64,000 nucleotides of DNA from IMG/VR virus record IMGVR_UViG_3300045988_097776. One strand, 5' to 3'. Shown in pieces: positions 11,245 to 23,341 of this stretch; the first letter of the stretch is position 1; every line of letters begins with the position of its first letter. The position numbers were made by a program, and so were the translations under genes. Below the pieces are notes generated by a model. That model was not told the DNA's origin and made no database searches. It was given only the letters and a program-made list of their open reading frames with translations. Source of the stretch: a virus.

Positions 11245-14200
11245 CTTCTCCTTGTTTTCTTTCGCTTCTCAAGATTAGATCTGTTCCATTGATAATTTCA
11301 TCAATGTGATAAAGTTGATGGCCTCCAGAACTTGCATATTTCTTTGTTACAAATTCATCGCCTCGTCTAATCCCTTGCACAACAATCATATTACCTCTAT
11401 TAAACCAAGACTTCTCTACAACTCTCTTTGTTCCATCTGCGTTTCTTTGGAAGGTTTGTTTATCAAACAAAGCAAAGTATTCTTGTCTGAATTTAACTGC
11501 TACTACTCCAGTTGTTGTAAGAAGATATACAGTACTCTTCACCTTATTTTTTGCAATGCACGTCCCGCAGATTTTATGCAGTTTATAAATAGGAATTAAA
11601 GAAGCACCTTTTTTAAATACTTTATCTACTTGAGGTTCTTCTGGAAGGCTAAAGAAGTCTACAAATCCATATTTGCTATTGTTAATATTCGCTAGCTCAT
11701 GGTCGTGATAATAAAAACATAGAGATTCCATTTCCCAAGAAGATATGTTCCCTGAAGCATACTTTTTCCAATCTTCCATAAAGATGGTGGTGTTTAAATT
11801 ATCTAAAATCGTTTCTTTATTTTCAGAGATCCAATTTCTAAATACGTCCATGTAACTTTGATAAATTTTATCCCAGGCTTTTATGTCAATATACCATGCT
11901 AGATTATCTGTTTCCAATAGATCCTCGCAATCAATTTCAACGAGAAAGGTGATTGCTCTTTCGTCGAGTTTATATTTTGCTACATTGTAAGGATCTTTAC
12001 ACTCTGCTTTTAGATACCTATTAAATTCATACACTCTTTTCGGCATCACAAACTTTTCTTCATAGGGGATAAGATCATATCTCATTAACCCAGGAAGGTT
12101 TTGTAAAGTAATTCTCTTTTTCTTATCGCAGGTAATCCATATATATTGAATCATAGCCTCCATACGTGAACTAAACTGGTCGAATCCTCCACCTTTAATT
12201 AAAGAAATCATTGCTTGTTTATTAGGATGAACTCTGTTATAGAAATCAACAAGAGATACATAGGGTCGATTATCTACAATAGTTTTTATCAGTTCATTAT
12301 TAACATTTGACAAACCCTTTAATCCGAAAAGAATCTAGTTATTTTTTACATCTGGCTTAAATCCAAAGTCAGAATTATTAATATCCACAAGGGAAACCTT
12401 AATTCCTGCATTACGAATTTCTCCTATTGCTTTTGCAATCTTTGTATAATCTGATTGTTCTCCTTCTTCTTCATCAATAGCACCACTATTTACAATCAGA
12501 TACGCCGTATTCCAATATACCGGATTAAAATGAGTAGCAAGATACAGAGTTTGCATACCAACAAAACTATAAGCAAGAGCATGGATAATACTGAACGAAT
12601 AACCCATTTGCGGGCCGATGCCATAAGTCCAGACATAATGTCCTAACGCGGGAGATTTCGCAGAGTTTAAGACCTTTTCTTTAAGTTCTGGGATTTTATT
12701 CATTTGCTTTTTACCAACAATTTTTCTTGCAGCATTCGCTTCTTCAAGAGTAAATCCGCAGATATTCTCGTCTTGTAACATGGTCATCATTTGTTCTTGG
12801 CTAGGAGGAACACCATAAGAACGTAAGAAATGCGGTTCGAGAATCCTTTGTTCTTCTTTTGTTAATCCTTCTCTGTCCATTTCTTGATACCAAAGAGAAA
12901 TATTATTCTTAAATCGAACATACTTCTCCATTGGAGTTTCAGCACCTTTTTCGGAAGTCATTAGGCGCATCAATCCATTCGCGTCAGCCATCTCATGCGG
13001 ATTTTGAGGTTTAATCTTCTTCGCGGCTTGTGCACCAACGCTTGAGTCAAATTGGAAACATCCAAGAACATCACCATTAGCTAAAGCATCCCACATTTTT
13101 TTATCATCTTGAGGCAAGACAGATGGATGAAGATATTTATTATATACTTCTCTTAAAGTTAAATCTTTTTCGATAACTCCATCTTCTTGTAGTAATTCAA
13201 CAGCTTGGATAATAATATCTTGAACTGCTGTTAAGAGAAAGTCATACTTAACAGAACCAGCAGCCTCTTGGTCATGCAAATCCCATTGAGTAATTAATGC
13301 ACCCTTTGGTGTTCTCATAACTGCGGCACTGTCGAAAATATTTTCATCAAACAAAATAACGCCGGATGCATGACTAGAACGTTTATTTACAAGCCCTTGA
13401 ATTCTAGTAATAATATCTAGAAGACCGGGATATTGATTTACAGTATTTACAAATGTAGTAACTGCTTTACGTCCCTTTTCTGGGTTTCCATTAACGACGT
13501 CCTCAATGGGCCACAAGAAGCCTCTTTCCTGCGGAATTAGGGAACTCATATATTGAGCCATATCAACATCAATACCTTCTGGATAATCGTCAGATCTATA
13601 ACCTCTACAGGCTGTCAATATGGCAGATTTAGTTCCCTCAGTTCCGAAGGTACATACTTGGACTAGCCCTAATTCTCCTCGTTCTTTTCTGATTTCAGCA
13701 AAGATTTTTTGAATCTTAGATGGAGCCAAGTCCAAATCAATATCTCCAAGTTCTGTTCTTTTGTCATTGATATATCTCCAGAAAGGAAGATCCCATTCGA
13801 TTGGATCCAGCTGAGTAATTCCAAGAAGATAATGATTAAGAGCTGCACAAGCCGAACCTCGACCCGCACCTACCGTACTTCCGCAATCCCAAAACAAATC
13901 AACATAGTGTTTTAATGTATTTGGATAAGCGAACATACAAGTTTGTAATTTCTCTCCAATCACTCTCTTTACTCTTGCTTCTTCTTCAAGTCTTTCTGGA
14001 TATTCTGGTCTATCAATCCAATCAATACCTTTTGCTTCTAGCGCTTTCCAGCATTCATTTATCCAATAACGCTCTTGAATATTATCGGAAGTGAAAAGTG
14101 ATTTTAGGATTGGATACTTAGACATTTCATCTGCATAATCATTGTTAGTTCCCCACCATGCAGTAGGAGGGTAATCAGTTACTTCTACTTCTGGAATAGA

Positions 14201-15115
14201 CTGATGCTTTTCCAGAGAGTAAAATTCTATTTTATCTTTAATCTCGTTTGAGCAATTAAAAATCCAATCAATAATATTATCTTCATAGCTCAAACGAAGT
14301 AATTCTCTAGTTTCAGTTTCGTCCATAAGACGAGTAAATTCATAGAAGCTATCGACTTCTCTTTCTCCGCCCTTAGAATTTAAATATGCTTTATGGACAT
14401 ATCTATCTTCTTTTGTTAGATAGTGGGCATCTGTGCCGATACACATATTAACAGAGAACGCTTCTGCAATTTTTAACATTCTTTTATTTGCAATAATCTG
14501 GTCAGGATATGACGCTGGTGCGCACTCAATATAAAAATCATCTTGACCAAATACATCTATACAGAAAGTAATAAAATCTACAATCTGTTGATGATAACGC
14601 TTTGCGTTTACTTCATCTTTTATTTCTTCACAATTATTTAGATTTAAAATGGATTGACCTAATTCACCGCCAATACAAGCAGTAGTGCCAATAATATGCC
14701 CTTTAAATCTCTGCATTACATCTTTTAATTCTGATTTAAGCAAAGGAACTCTTTCCATTCTTCTATCATAATAACCATTCATCCAGGCGATAGAAGATAA
14801 CTCCTTTAGTCCCCTATAACCAATTTCGTCTTTAGCAATTAAGATAAAGTGATAGTATCTTTGTCCTAAATCTCTAGTATCTGTAAGATAGATTTCATTA
14901 CCAAGAGCTATAACAAAACTGGGATTAGTTTCTTTGATTTTTTTCGCATATTTATTTACTCTCATATGCGCGGAGAGAGATTCGTGGTCCGTGATAGCTA
15001 TTCCCGTTAATCCAACTTCAATAGCTTTATCAATCAGCTCTTCTGGTTTATTTATACAATCCAAAAGTCTTAAATTAGAGAACTCTGTATGACTATGATT
15101 ATTAAAATAGCTCAT
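11213..15115 (-). CDS. dnaE: DNA polymerase III alpha subunit (DnaE-type, PHP domain N-terminus), one in-frame TAG
   Basis: ORF 12335..15115 has PHP, palm and fingers domains and ends at TAG 12335-12337. It is in frame with ORF 11213..12313, which carries the OB-fold C-terminus. Confidence 0.85.
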
Positions 15116-15157
15116 ATTATACCTCTCTTATATTACTATATAATATATTATACTATA

Positions 15158-16338
15158 TTATTTCTTTAAAATCAATGTTAGTTTCTTTGCTGCTCTAGTG
15201 CAGGCGGTATAAAGCCATCTAGCATGCTCTTCTTTATCGAAAGGAAAATTTTCCTCTATAACCAATACATTGTCCCATTGTGAACCCTAGGCTCTATGAG
15301 TAGTGATTGCGTACCCATAGTTAAACTCTATTGGGAGAGGTGGATTATCCTTTCTTTTATTAAGATAATATTCTTGCTGTGGAGTAAAAGTTTTCTTACC
15401 TGTTAAAAGCGAATTATAATCAATAGGAACATCAAGATAGGTGTCTCCAGAGGTTGTCTCAATACTAGAAAGAAGTATTTGAGCCGTAAAAGATTCAGTA
15501 AGAGTTTTGTACTGCATAGTAACTAGAGAGAAATCTTTTAAGTAACCTATTGTGCCGTTGATAAGAGGGTTTTCATCTTTAACAGAACAAATATCCCACG
15601 TATTTCTTAGACAAATAACTTTATCGTCTCTTTCTGGTTCTGAGCTTCTTCCGGCATCAAGTCTCATAAACTAATTTATATCAAATCTATTCTTATTTGT
15701 CGCAACAAGAATTTCATCGGCCCAACCGTACATTCCAGCTACAAGTTCTTGCTTTCTAAATATTTGAGTATCATTTCCTCGCATTGGAACGATTGATTTG
15801 CCTTCTCTGATATTCATACTCGTAACAATAATATCACTTTCTTTAGCTTGTCTCATTACCTCATCTAAGAAAATATGCGGACTGTCGAGTATATGGTTTT
15901 CTTTAGTCTTGTCTACAGGCGGCAACTGAAACGGGTCGCCGCAAGCAATAACATATACTCCATGAGAAAGTAACAATTCCCACATATCAATAGGTAACAT
16001 AGATACCTCGTCTACAACAATAAGACTATATTCAATATGTGGCCGAGGTTTATAAACAAACTTACCATTAGGCATTTGTTTACTATAATAAAGTAATCTA
16101 TGCGCGGTTTGAGCATTAGGACACCCTTTTTCTCGCAGTACTTCTGAAGCCTTTCCAGTAAAAGCGATATAAGCAACCTCTTCCTCATACATATTAAGAG
16201 CAGCCACAATAAATTTAATTAAGGTGCTTTTCCCTGTTCCGGTCAGGCGTAGCCAGCGATACAAGTATAGGGCTCATGAGCTTTGTATCGGGCTACAGCG
16301 ATTTTCAAACCTTGCTCTTGCATGTTAGTTAGAGTCAT
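15158..16338 (-). CDS. RecD/Pif1-like superfamily-1 helicase (2 in-frame TAGs; apparent -1 frame change near N-terminus)
   Basis: Motif I LTGTGKST, motif II VVDEVSM, and C-terminus AITTHRAQGSQWD...LYTACTRA with the motif Gln encoded by TAG at 15287. ORFs 15671..16264 and 15287..15667 are joined by TAG. A 31-codon N-terminal piece (MTLTNMQEQGLKIAVARYKAHEPYT, ATGA overlap at 16335-16338) lies in another frame. Confidence 0.65.
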
Positions 16339-16739
16339 GGTTCTACTTCCTCCTTTTCTTCAAGATTTAGTTCATCTATAGTCCATAAATTATCATGTAA
16401 TTCTTTATGACAATTAGAACATATTAAAATACATTTTTTTACTTCTTCAACCGCTTCTTTTAACTTAAAATGATCGTTACTAATAGTAAAATCTTTTTTA
16501 GAGGGATCTAAATGATGAAATTCTAGAGCTTTTAAACATTTATCGTATCCACATTTTATACATCTTCCACCTAGGTGCTCTTTTATTTTAGCTAGAAACA
16601 TTCCTCTAGTTAGTTGAACTCCATCTGGCATACAATTATAACAGCATTGACGATTATTCGCGGCGGGGGTTTTAGGCGTAAAATCTTTCCCACAAATAAG
16701 ACAGCTTTTATTATGTAAATCCATTGAATTAGTAACCAT
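16335..16739 (-). CDS. HNH endonuclease
   Basis: Cys-rich N-terminus, FHHLDPSKKDF...CSNCHKELH. Paralogue of 24369..24854. Confidence 0.65.
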   Translation of the reverse strand: MVTNSMDLHNKSCLICGKDFTPKTPAANNRQCCYNCMPDGVQLTRGMFLAKIKEHLGGRCIKCGYDKCLKALEFHHLDPSKKDFTISNDHFKLKEAVEEVKKCILICSNCHKELHDNLWTIDELNLEEKEEVEP

Positions 16740-16862
16740 CTAAATTTGTCGTTCTCCATATCTAGCTCTTCTGGCAGCATTCATGCAATCATTACTGCAA
16801 TATTTCTTTGTGGATTTTATGGCCTCAAAATCCTTCCCACATACAACACATTTATTTACCAT
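16740..16862 (-). CDS. small zinc-ribbon protein
   Basis: MVNKCVVCGK...YCSNDC, with RBS GGAGG upstream of ATG 16860-16862. Confidence 0.4.
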   Translation of the reverse strand: MVNKCVVCGKDFEAIKSTKKYCSNDCMNAARRARYGERQI

Positions 16863-16904
16863 AATAATAATTCCTCCTATTTTCTTATATCTTATCTGAA
16901 TATT

Positions 16905-16934
16905 ATTATAGTATAATTCGTAGGATTTGTCCAA
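16905..16934 (-). promoter_or_regulatory. sigma-70-like promoter (TTGGAC, 18-nt spacer, TATAAT)
   Basis: Minus-strand sequence TTTTTGGACAAATCCTACGAATTATACTATAAT, upstream of gene 16862. Confidence 0.45.
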
Positions 16935-16990
16935 AAATTTTATAAAACCGCGTAACCGACGATTTTACCTCAAAAAATAGTTAAAACCAT

Positions 16991-17027
16991 TTTAGTTTCC
17001 TGCGGGCGGTCGTCTAGGTTCCGGCCA
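16991..17027 (-). terminator. GC-rich hairpin after gene 17045..17848
   Basis: CTGCGGGC...GCCCGCAG, an 8-bp stem with a 20-nt GC-rich loop. The GC content is unusual for this AT-rich DNA. Confidence 0.4.
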
Positions 17028-17044
17028 GCCCGCAGATATTTATT

Positions 17045-17848
17045 TTAGCTTACAAAATAATTATACGCGATAATTGCATTATTTTGTCTTGTCGTATAAC
17101 TTCCAGATCCACACCTCTCATAGCATTTCGCAAATGCCAAAGCGGTATCAGTTATACTTGTCATATTTAGAAAATCATTATAGTCAAACCCTTTCTTATA
17201 GGCGTGACCGAATGTATTAAATTCATATTCAATAGTATTTTCCAAATAATTGCATTGCTCTTCTAATGAGGCTCCCCAAACCTCAGAATACGCTTTATTC
17301 CACTGACACATTCCATAATATGAAGAATTGCTTAATTCATATTGAATGTTCAATGTATTACCACCAACTTCAGCCATTATATTACCAAGTATGCCCGCAC
17401 AAACTTGATCGTTATAACCTAAGTCTTTGAAATAGCTCCAAATATATGTTGCCACTGGGTACTCTTCTTCCTTTTGATGCCAATGTTCCATGAGGTTATC
17501 ATATACATCTTGATAAGATTGTCTTAGCTCATTCGCCTTATCATATTCATTCACGGCTAGTTCGATAACATCATGATTTTCAGAATAGCCTAACTGTCTA
17601 GCAGCATCGGCCATTTGATGTGCGGCGTTCATATTAGAGATTTGTTCCGCAATAAGCTCAACCAATGTATCTAAATCATTATAGGTATAACTAATACTGC
17701 TGTTATACGGTACTGAATATGCTGATGCAATAGAAATGAAAGGACTATTGCAACTACACATTATAGATAATAAAATGATTAAACTTAGTATAATACTCAT
17801 AAAACGTCTCATTGTGATTGTTTCCTCCTTTAGTAAGAGGTTGCGCAA
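17045..17848 (-). CDS. secreted/membrane-anchored lysozyme-like protein (phage tail lysozyme, Lyz2-type domain)
   Basis: N-terminal signal/TM segment MSIILSLIILLSIMC, and C-terminal CAGILGNIMAEVGG...YGMCQWN...AFAKCYERCG. Confidence 0.45.
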   Translation of the reverse strand: MRNLLLKEETITMRRFMSIILSLIILLSIMCSCNSPFISIASAYSVPYNSSISYTYNDLDTLVELIAEQISNMNAAHQMADAARQLGYSENHDVIELAVNEYDKANELRQSYQDVYDNLMEHWHQKEEEYPVATYIWSYFKDLGYNDQVCAGILGNIMAEVGGNTLNIQYELSNSSYYGMCQWNKAYSEVWGASLEEQCNYLENTIEYEFNTFGHAYKKGFDYNDFLNMTSITDTALAFAKCYERCGSGSYTTRQNNAIIAYNYFVS

Positions 17849-17866
17849 TCATTAAAAGTAATACTT

Positions 17867-19603
17867 CTATCTACTTATAATTTCATAATCTGTAATAATA
17901 ATTTGTGGTGTCACACTACCGAAGTATCTATTTACTTCTGGTTTACCAATCAAATTTATACTCACGCAACCTAATTCGCTAGATAAATCTTCTAGCTCCT
18001 CTTCGCTTGATTTAAACTTGATGCAAGTAACTCCATTTGGTAATTGAATCTTCAAAGTAGGATTCTTGTCTCGTGACATAAGACTAATCATGTCATTTGT
18101 TACTGCAACATTTTCTACCGCAATTAACGGTTCGTCGATATTCTATCCCCAAAGATACTTAGAATTACCTAGTTCTAATATATCTTTAGAATTAATATCT
18201 GACATAGAGTAAATAAAATCTACCTTATAGCTTGGTGAAAATTCTATATCTTTTAATTGATTGTCTGACCATATAATAAAATCTTCAAAATCTTTTTCAT
18301 AAATGCCAAAGCCAAAAGCATTTGCGTGCCCCTCAGCTAAAAAGACTAAATTTGAATCTCTTACAAATTGTCTAAAATCATTTAATTTAGACTTTTCGTA
18401 TCCTCTAGCTGATCCCTCCCAAGCATCTTGTTCATTGTTTACAGTCTTTGATAAGAGAATAACGGGGCGCTTATACTTACTCATTAATTCATTAGCAATT
18501 AAACCAGTAATACCTCTATCAACCTACATATCTTCTAGTTTAATTACTAAAAGTTTATGCTATAATAGATTTTTTTCTTGAATAATATTTTCTATTTGTT
18601 CAACTTCGGCATCTCTAGTTCTAGTCTAACGATTCTTAACATTAGTGCAAACTCTTAATGCTTGCTCTAATCTAGTTTCCTCTTGCCCTTTACATCCTCG
18701 TTTAGTAGAAGGAATAAGATCATATGCTTTCCATTCAAGCATACTTTCAAATAAAATCTACTTTTCATCTTGAGTACCCATACGAGTAATGGCATTAACA
18801 AGAGGAACAATATAAAACGCTACTCCAATAGGAGATAAATCTCCTCTGCCTAACTAGTAAGCATTTTTATCAGCCATACCTTTAATAAAAGGATTGCGGA
18901 GACTTGACCTCTGTAGCCCCTATTGAATAAGATAATGAGTTTCAAAATCTCTAATATCCATCATATCTCCTACAAGACCGGTGGCTACAATATCAAGGTA
19001 ATTGTCCGCATAGGCAGTTCCGCAAATACTATCCATATACTAACACAATTTATAAACTACTCCTACACCAGATAACGATTTTGTTGGATAATCGCATAAC
19101 TGATTATTAACAACACAGGCGTATTCAGATATTTTATCAGCTAAGTGATGGTCTATAACTAATACATCAATTCCGCGATTAGCCAATTCTTCATGCTCTT
19201 GATAGTCGTTAGAGCTTGAATCCGGTGCAATAACAAGAGAAATATTATCGGGGATTAATTCTGGTTTTATTCCATGAATTTTACCAGAATGGAAGTTATA
19301 AACAAACTTGTTAATTGCAGAGGGAAACTGCGCATGAAGATAATTTAGCAATAATGCAGAAGAGGTGTAACCATCGCAGTCGCTATCTACCTAGACATAG
19401 ATATAAGAATCATCTTTTAAAATGTGCTTAATAATTAGCTTAGCAGCGCTTTCAATATTATTAAGAAGTAAGGGAGATAAATTATCTTTTTCTGATACTG
19501 TTAAATAATGCTATATATCACCATATTTAATACCTCTATTAACTAATACCTACTCTAAAGCACTATAATCCTAATTTCTTGGGTTAATTAATGAATATTC
19601 CAA
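17867..19603 (-). CDS. DHH/DHHA1 phosphoesterase (RecJ-like ssDNA exonuclease family), about 12 in-frame TAGs
   Basis: ORFs 17867..18091, 18143..18484 and 19040..19351 share one frame. Read-through gives DSDCDGYTSSALL, VLVIDHH and a DHHA1-like AEGHANAFGFGI. Probable TTG start at 19601-19603 after AGGAGAG. Confidence 0.6.
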
Positions 19604-19606
19604 TCT

Positions 19607-19891
19607 TTAATCACTCTCCTTATTATGTGATAATCCAGTTCCTTTGCAAGCTCTACATTTTATATAGTCATTAAGATCGTTTGGATCTGGCCTATCATCT
19701 TCCGCGCAAGATCTAGATCTTAAAACATGACCAGTTCCGTTACAGTACTCACATGCTTGATTAATTTCTCTAAGTTTCTCTAAACTATCAAAATAGGGTT
19801 GTATTCTCTTATTATAATCATCTGCTAATTTTCCTATTTCTTTTTCTATTGCTCTAATAGCAGGTACTAGATTTAAAATCTCTTTACTCAT
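19607..19891 (-). CDS. hypothetical Cys-containing small protein
   Basis: ORF containing CEYCNGTG..CRACKGTG. Confidence 0.45.
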   Translation of the reverse strand: MSKEILNLVPAIRAIEKEIGKLADDYNKRIQPYFDSLEKLREINQACEYCNGTGHVLRSRSCAEDDRPDPNDLNDYIKCRACKGTGLSHNKESD

Positions 19892-20987
19892 AAGGAATTA
19901 TCCTTTCATTTAGTAACTCTTCAAAAATCTGCGGTCCCTTGTCTATAGGACTTGCTTTATATGGCAAAATCATTCGTTTGTCAAAGATAGCAGATATGCG
20001 TACATTCTTACTATATTTGTTATATATATGAATTAACTTTGCTTTCAATCTTTTAAATTCATCATCGCTAATTTCGACAAATTGTCTATCAAAAGCAACT
20101 ATGATTTCATTAACTCCTAAAGATTTGAGTAAATCTATATGATAACTAGATATACTGCTTCCACAACAAGCTACAGATATATCATTATCGTACCCATAGT
20201 AAGACTGATACATAAGACAACTCTTTTCAGATTCAAATATAATTGCAGCTTTTACTTTTCTTATATTCTCTTTGCTATGGTTTAAATTATATAAATTCAT
20301 ACTTAGAGGATGATTATATAATTGTCTGTTCACCATAAGAGGTCTATATTTTCCGTATCTTTCTGCATCTTCAGAAGATAATGTTCTTCCCCTAATTCCT
20401 ACTAATCTATTATTAATATCAAAGTGAGGAATTGTTATTTGTCCTCCTCCCGGATAATACCCAATAAAATTTCTTTTACTAACCTCGGGTAAGATTCCTT
20501 CTGCTTCCCATCCAGCAATTCTAGGATAAGAAAATCGAGTAAGAATAATCGGATTATATTCCTTCAAGCAAATAGGCTGTTTAGGTTTTGGTAACTGAAT
20601 ATTATGTCTTTTAAAGATATCCCAATCTTCTAATTCTTGTTCTTCATCTTCTAGTTCTATTCCATCAAAACCAAAATATCCAGCTATATAATCCATAGCA
20701 TTATATAGTTCCCACTTTTTACCTTCTTGCTTTTTTTTAACCTTTATACATAAATCAAATATATCAAAAGTAGGATCTATACATCCAGTATAACATCTAA
20801 AAAGTTTTGTATTTTCGTAATAATATAACTTTCTTGATCCCTCTCCTGGAAGATTATGACATATAGTTTGGGAGATGAGCCCACCATCTACATATTCAGG
20901 CTCACCGCCCCATACTTCAATTAAATCATAAATTTGTTCTAACTCTAATTTTCCTTTTAGTTCATCTTTATCATAATAGCGTGACAT
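19884..20987 (-). CDS. DNA primase (DnaG-like zinc-binding domain plus catalytic core)
   Basis: Zinc-binding motif CHNLPGEGSRKLYYYENTKLFRCYTGC. Confidence 0.65.
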   Translation of the reverse strand: MSRYYDKDELKGKLELEQIYDLIEVWGGEPEYVDGGLISQTICHNLPGEGSRKLYYYENTKLFRCYTGCIDPTFDIFDLCIKVKKKQEGKKWELYNAMDYIAGYFGFDGIELEDEEQELEDWDIFKRHNIQLPKPKQPICLKEYNPIILTRFSYPRIAGWEAEGILPEVSKRNFIGYYPGGGQITIPHFDINNRLVGIRGRTLSSEDAERYGKYRPLMVNRQLYNHPLSMNLYNLNHSKENIRKVKAAIIFESEKSCLMYQSYYGYDNDISVACCGSSISSYHIDLLKSLGVNEIIVAFDRQFVEISDDEFKRLKAKLIHIYNKYSKNVRISAIFDKRMILPYKASPIDKGPQIFEELLNERIIPYE

Positions 20988-20989
20988 AA

Positions 20990-21217
20990 TTAAGCATCAT
21001 ATACGGAAACATTTGTTACAGTTCCTTTAAGACCAAATTGCTCATTAATTACTTTTGCAACATAATCTTTAGGATTTTGTTTCTTCTCCGTCTCGCTTCT
21101 ATCGGCAAGCATAGCATTAAACATTTTTTTACTCATACGATACTCTAAAGATTGATTGTTTTTCATATTAATTCCTCCAAAATTATTTTTCCCAAGCTGC
21201 TGGCCCTTCATCGACAA
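20990..21217 (-). CDS. hypothetical protein
   Basis: ORF. Confidence 0.4.
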   Translation of the reverse strand: MSMKGQQLGKNNFGGINMKNNQSLEYRMSKKMFNAMLADRSETEKKQNPKDYVAKVINEQFGLKGTVTNVSVYDA

Positions 21218-22721
21218 TTACTCGAATATCTTCAATGCCCACCATCTCATGTCTCCAATTAGTACAAAATTGTGGTAAAATTCTACAAGTTCCTAAGTTA
21301 GCAGAACACCATAGATATACTCCTTTGTACGAACCTCGTCTATTTTTATAGATAGATAATTTTAGATTCGGACGCAATAAGTTCTTGTTACCCTCTAGTA
21401 TTGGATCTAACTTAACTAAGTCCTCATCTGTAACACTTAGTAGAATCATGCCAACGTCTATTCTATCGGCTATACTTTTTGCGCCTCTTAATAGATTTTG
21501 ATCTGGCGTTTCACTACTCTAATAATCGGCGTTTAATTGAGTTGCAGACATGATAAATACACCATATTTATTAGCTAAATCTTTCAATCTAGCGGAGAGC
21601 ATAAATAAGATATTATCCTCTCTTAATCTAACTCCCCCAGACTTCTTACTAATTTCTTCAAGAATTTTAAGCGAAGTTTGAAGATAGTCGAAAAGAACAT
21701 ATTTAACTTCATTTTCTCTAATATTCTTTTTTATTTTATTCTCTACATCTTGTAAAGAAAAATCTGGTAATTCTTCTATCCAAATTGGACTGCGTTTAAT
21801 TATTTCTGCGGCTTTTAGCACCCTCTCTTTTTCACCCTCAAAGTATTGACCGTTGAGGATATGTTCTTCATCTACATCAGATAGAAAAGCTAACATCATT
21901 GTTTGAACTTCGCTTTTATCTTGCTCTGTAGCAATAAACAAAGTTGGTTGAGAGGTTCCATTTTTAATCCATCCAAATTGGTCATGATAGATTTCATTGC
22001 ACGCAAAATTACACGCATCCGCTATCATAGATCTAGTTTTACCGGTTCCCGTAGCCGCCGACCGCAAATAAAATTTTCGCAATCTTGCTCCTCTTGTTAC
22101 TGTATTAATTAACGGGCCATATAGTGGAATACCAACTTCGGGATGCTGTTCTAAATCACTAATAAGTTCATTGATTCCGTCTCCGGCTTGATAGCCTAAT
22201 CCAAGATCATCTTCTATGTACTTACTTTTGATTTCATCTATTTTTGTATCAATAGCATGAGCTATTTCAACTAAGCTAGTATTATCCAGCCAATCTTCTT
22301 GCATTTGGCGTTTTTTGGTATCGAGAATATTATTTGGATCATAAAGATAGCTAACATCAAGACCAAAATTGCTATATGCTCTTAACAAAGTAAACTTCTT
22401 TAATCTATTATAATAATAATTAAAAGTATCTTGCCTTGCACTTTGCGATGCTTCAAGGAGATATTCTACACCCTTGTTTTGCTTAAATATGGCGTCAAAC
22501 TTTGGTCTGTTTGCTAGATAATCTATAATCGCGTCTATATTAACTTGACTACCTGTTAGATGGATATTATAGATACTACCGAAAATTATCTTATGAAAAT
22601 CTTCTTGGAAGTCATCTTCATGAATTATATACTTATCTGTATCATCAAGAATAGAAGCATTATTGAATACACATCCAATTACCTAAGTAATCGCCGCTGT
22701 ATCTATATAATTACTCTTCAT
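21183..22721 (-). CDS. DnaB-like replicative helicase (2 in-frame TAGs)
   Basis: Walker A GTGKT and VLFDYLQ. ORFs 21183..21449 and 21519..22388 are joined by TAG 21519. The N-terminal DnaB domain extends in frame (one more TAG) to ATG 22719-22721 after AGGAGG. Confidence 0.7.
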
Positions 22722-23244
22722 GCGCTTCCTCCTCATTTAAGAAAGTAAATAGCTTTCGTATATGTTTCATTGGTTGCCGTTGAGGAGGTTCTATATGGAC
22801 TTCTCTTACAGGCAAAATAAACTTTCCTATATCTATTTGCTCATTTCTTTCTCTTGCTTCCCATAATGCTCTCCAATAAAGATATGCTTCATCATAGACA
22901 AAAGGAACTATTCCTATTCCTCCATTAGCCTTTTCAATAGAATTACCTTTTATCTCAAAAAAGTATTTTAAAGTTTTATACATTCCAGTATATGAATAAT
23001 TATTATCTTTTCTAAAGGTTTCAATTTGTTTTTTAATTTTTGGAGAAATACAGTTAATTCCAAATAACTTCTTTATATAATTTTCTAATAGTTGTCTATC
23101 CTTTTCTTCTTGCGTTTTATTTTCCTCGGCCGTTTGCGCACAGGTCTTATGAGCGTAACGTCTTGAATTTGGTTTAACGTATGGTGTAGTTGATGCATCA
23201 AATACTTCTCCACAGTAAAAACATTTTACCATGTGTTTAGCCAT
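22711..23244 (-). CDS. hypothetical protein with N-terminal zinc ribbon
   Basis: ORF starting MAKHMVKCFYCGE. Confidence 0.5.
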   Translation of the reverse strand: MAKHMVKCFYCGEVFDASTTPYVKPNSRRYAHKTCAQTAEENKTQEEKDRQLLENYIKKLFGINCISPKIKKQIETFRKDNNYSYTGMYKTLKYFFEIKGNSIEKANGGIGIVPFVYDEAYLYWRALWEARERNEQIDIGKFILPVREVHIEPPQRQPMKHIRKLFTFLNEEEAHEE

Positions 23245-23270
23245 ACATTACGCTCTCCTTTCATAACAAT

Positions 23271-23293
23271 CTTATATAAATATTATATCATAA
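23271..23293 (-). promoter_or_regulatory. conserved phage promoter motif (extended -10, TGATATAAT)
   Basis: Minus-strand TTATGATATAATATTTATATAAG, upstream of gene 23244. Confidence 0.5.
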
Positions 23294-23309
23294 AATAGAT
23301 AAAAAATCA

Positions 23310-23340
23310 AGGAAGGAGAATTTTCTCTCCTTCCTTATAT
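23310..23340 (-). terminator. rho-independent terminator
   Basis: AAGGAAGGAGA attttc TCTCCTTCCTT. Confidence 0.6.
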
Positions 23341-23341
23341 T

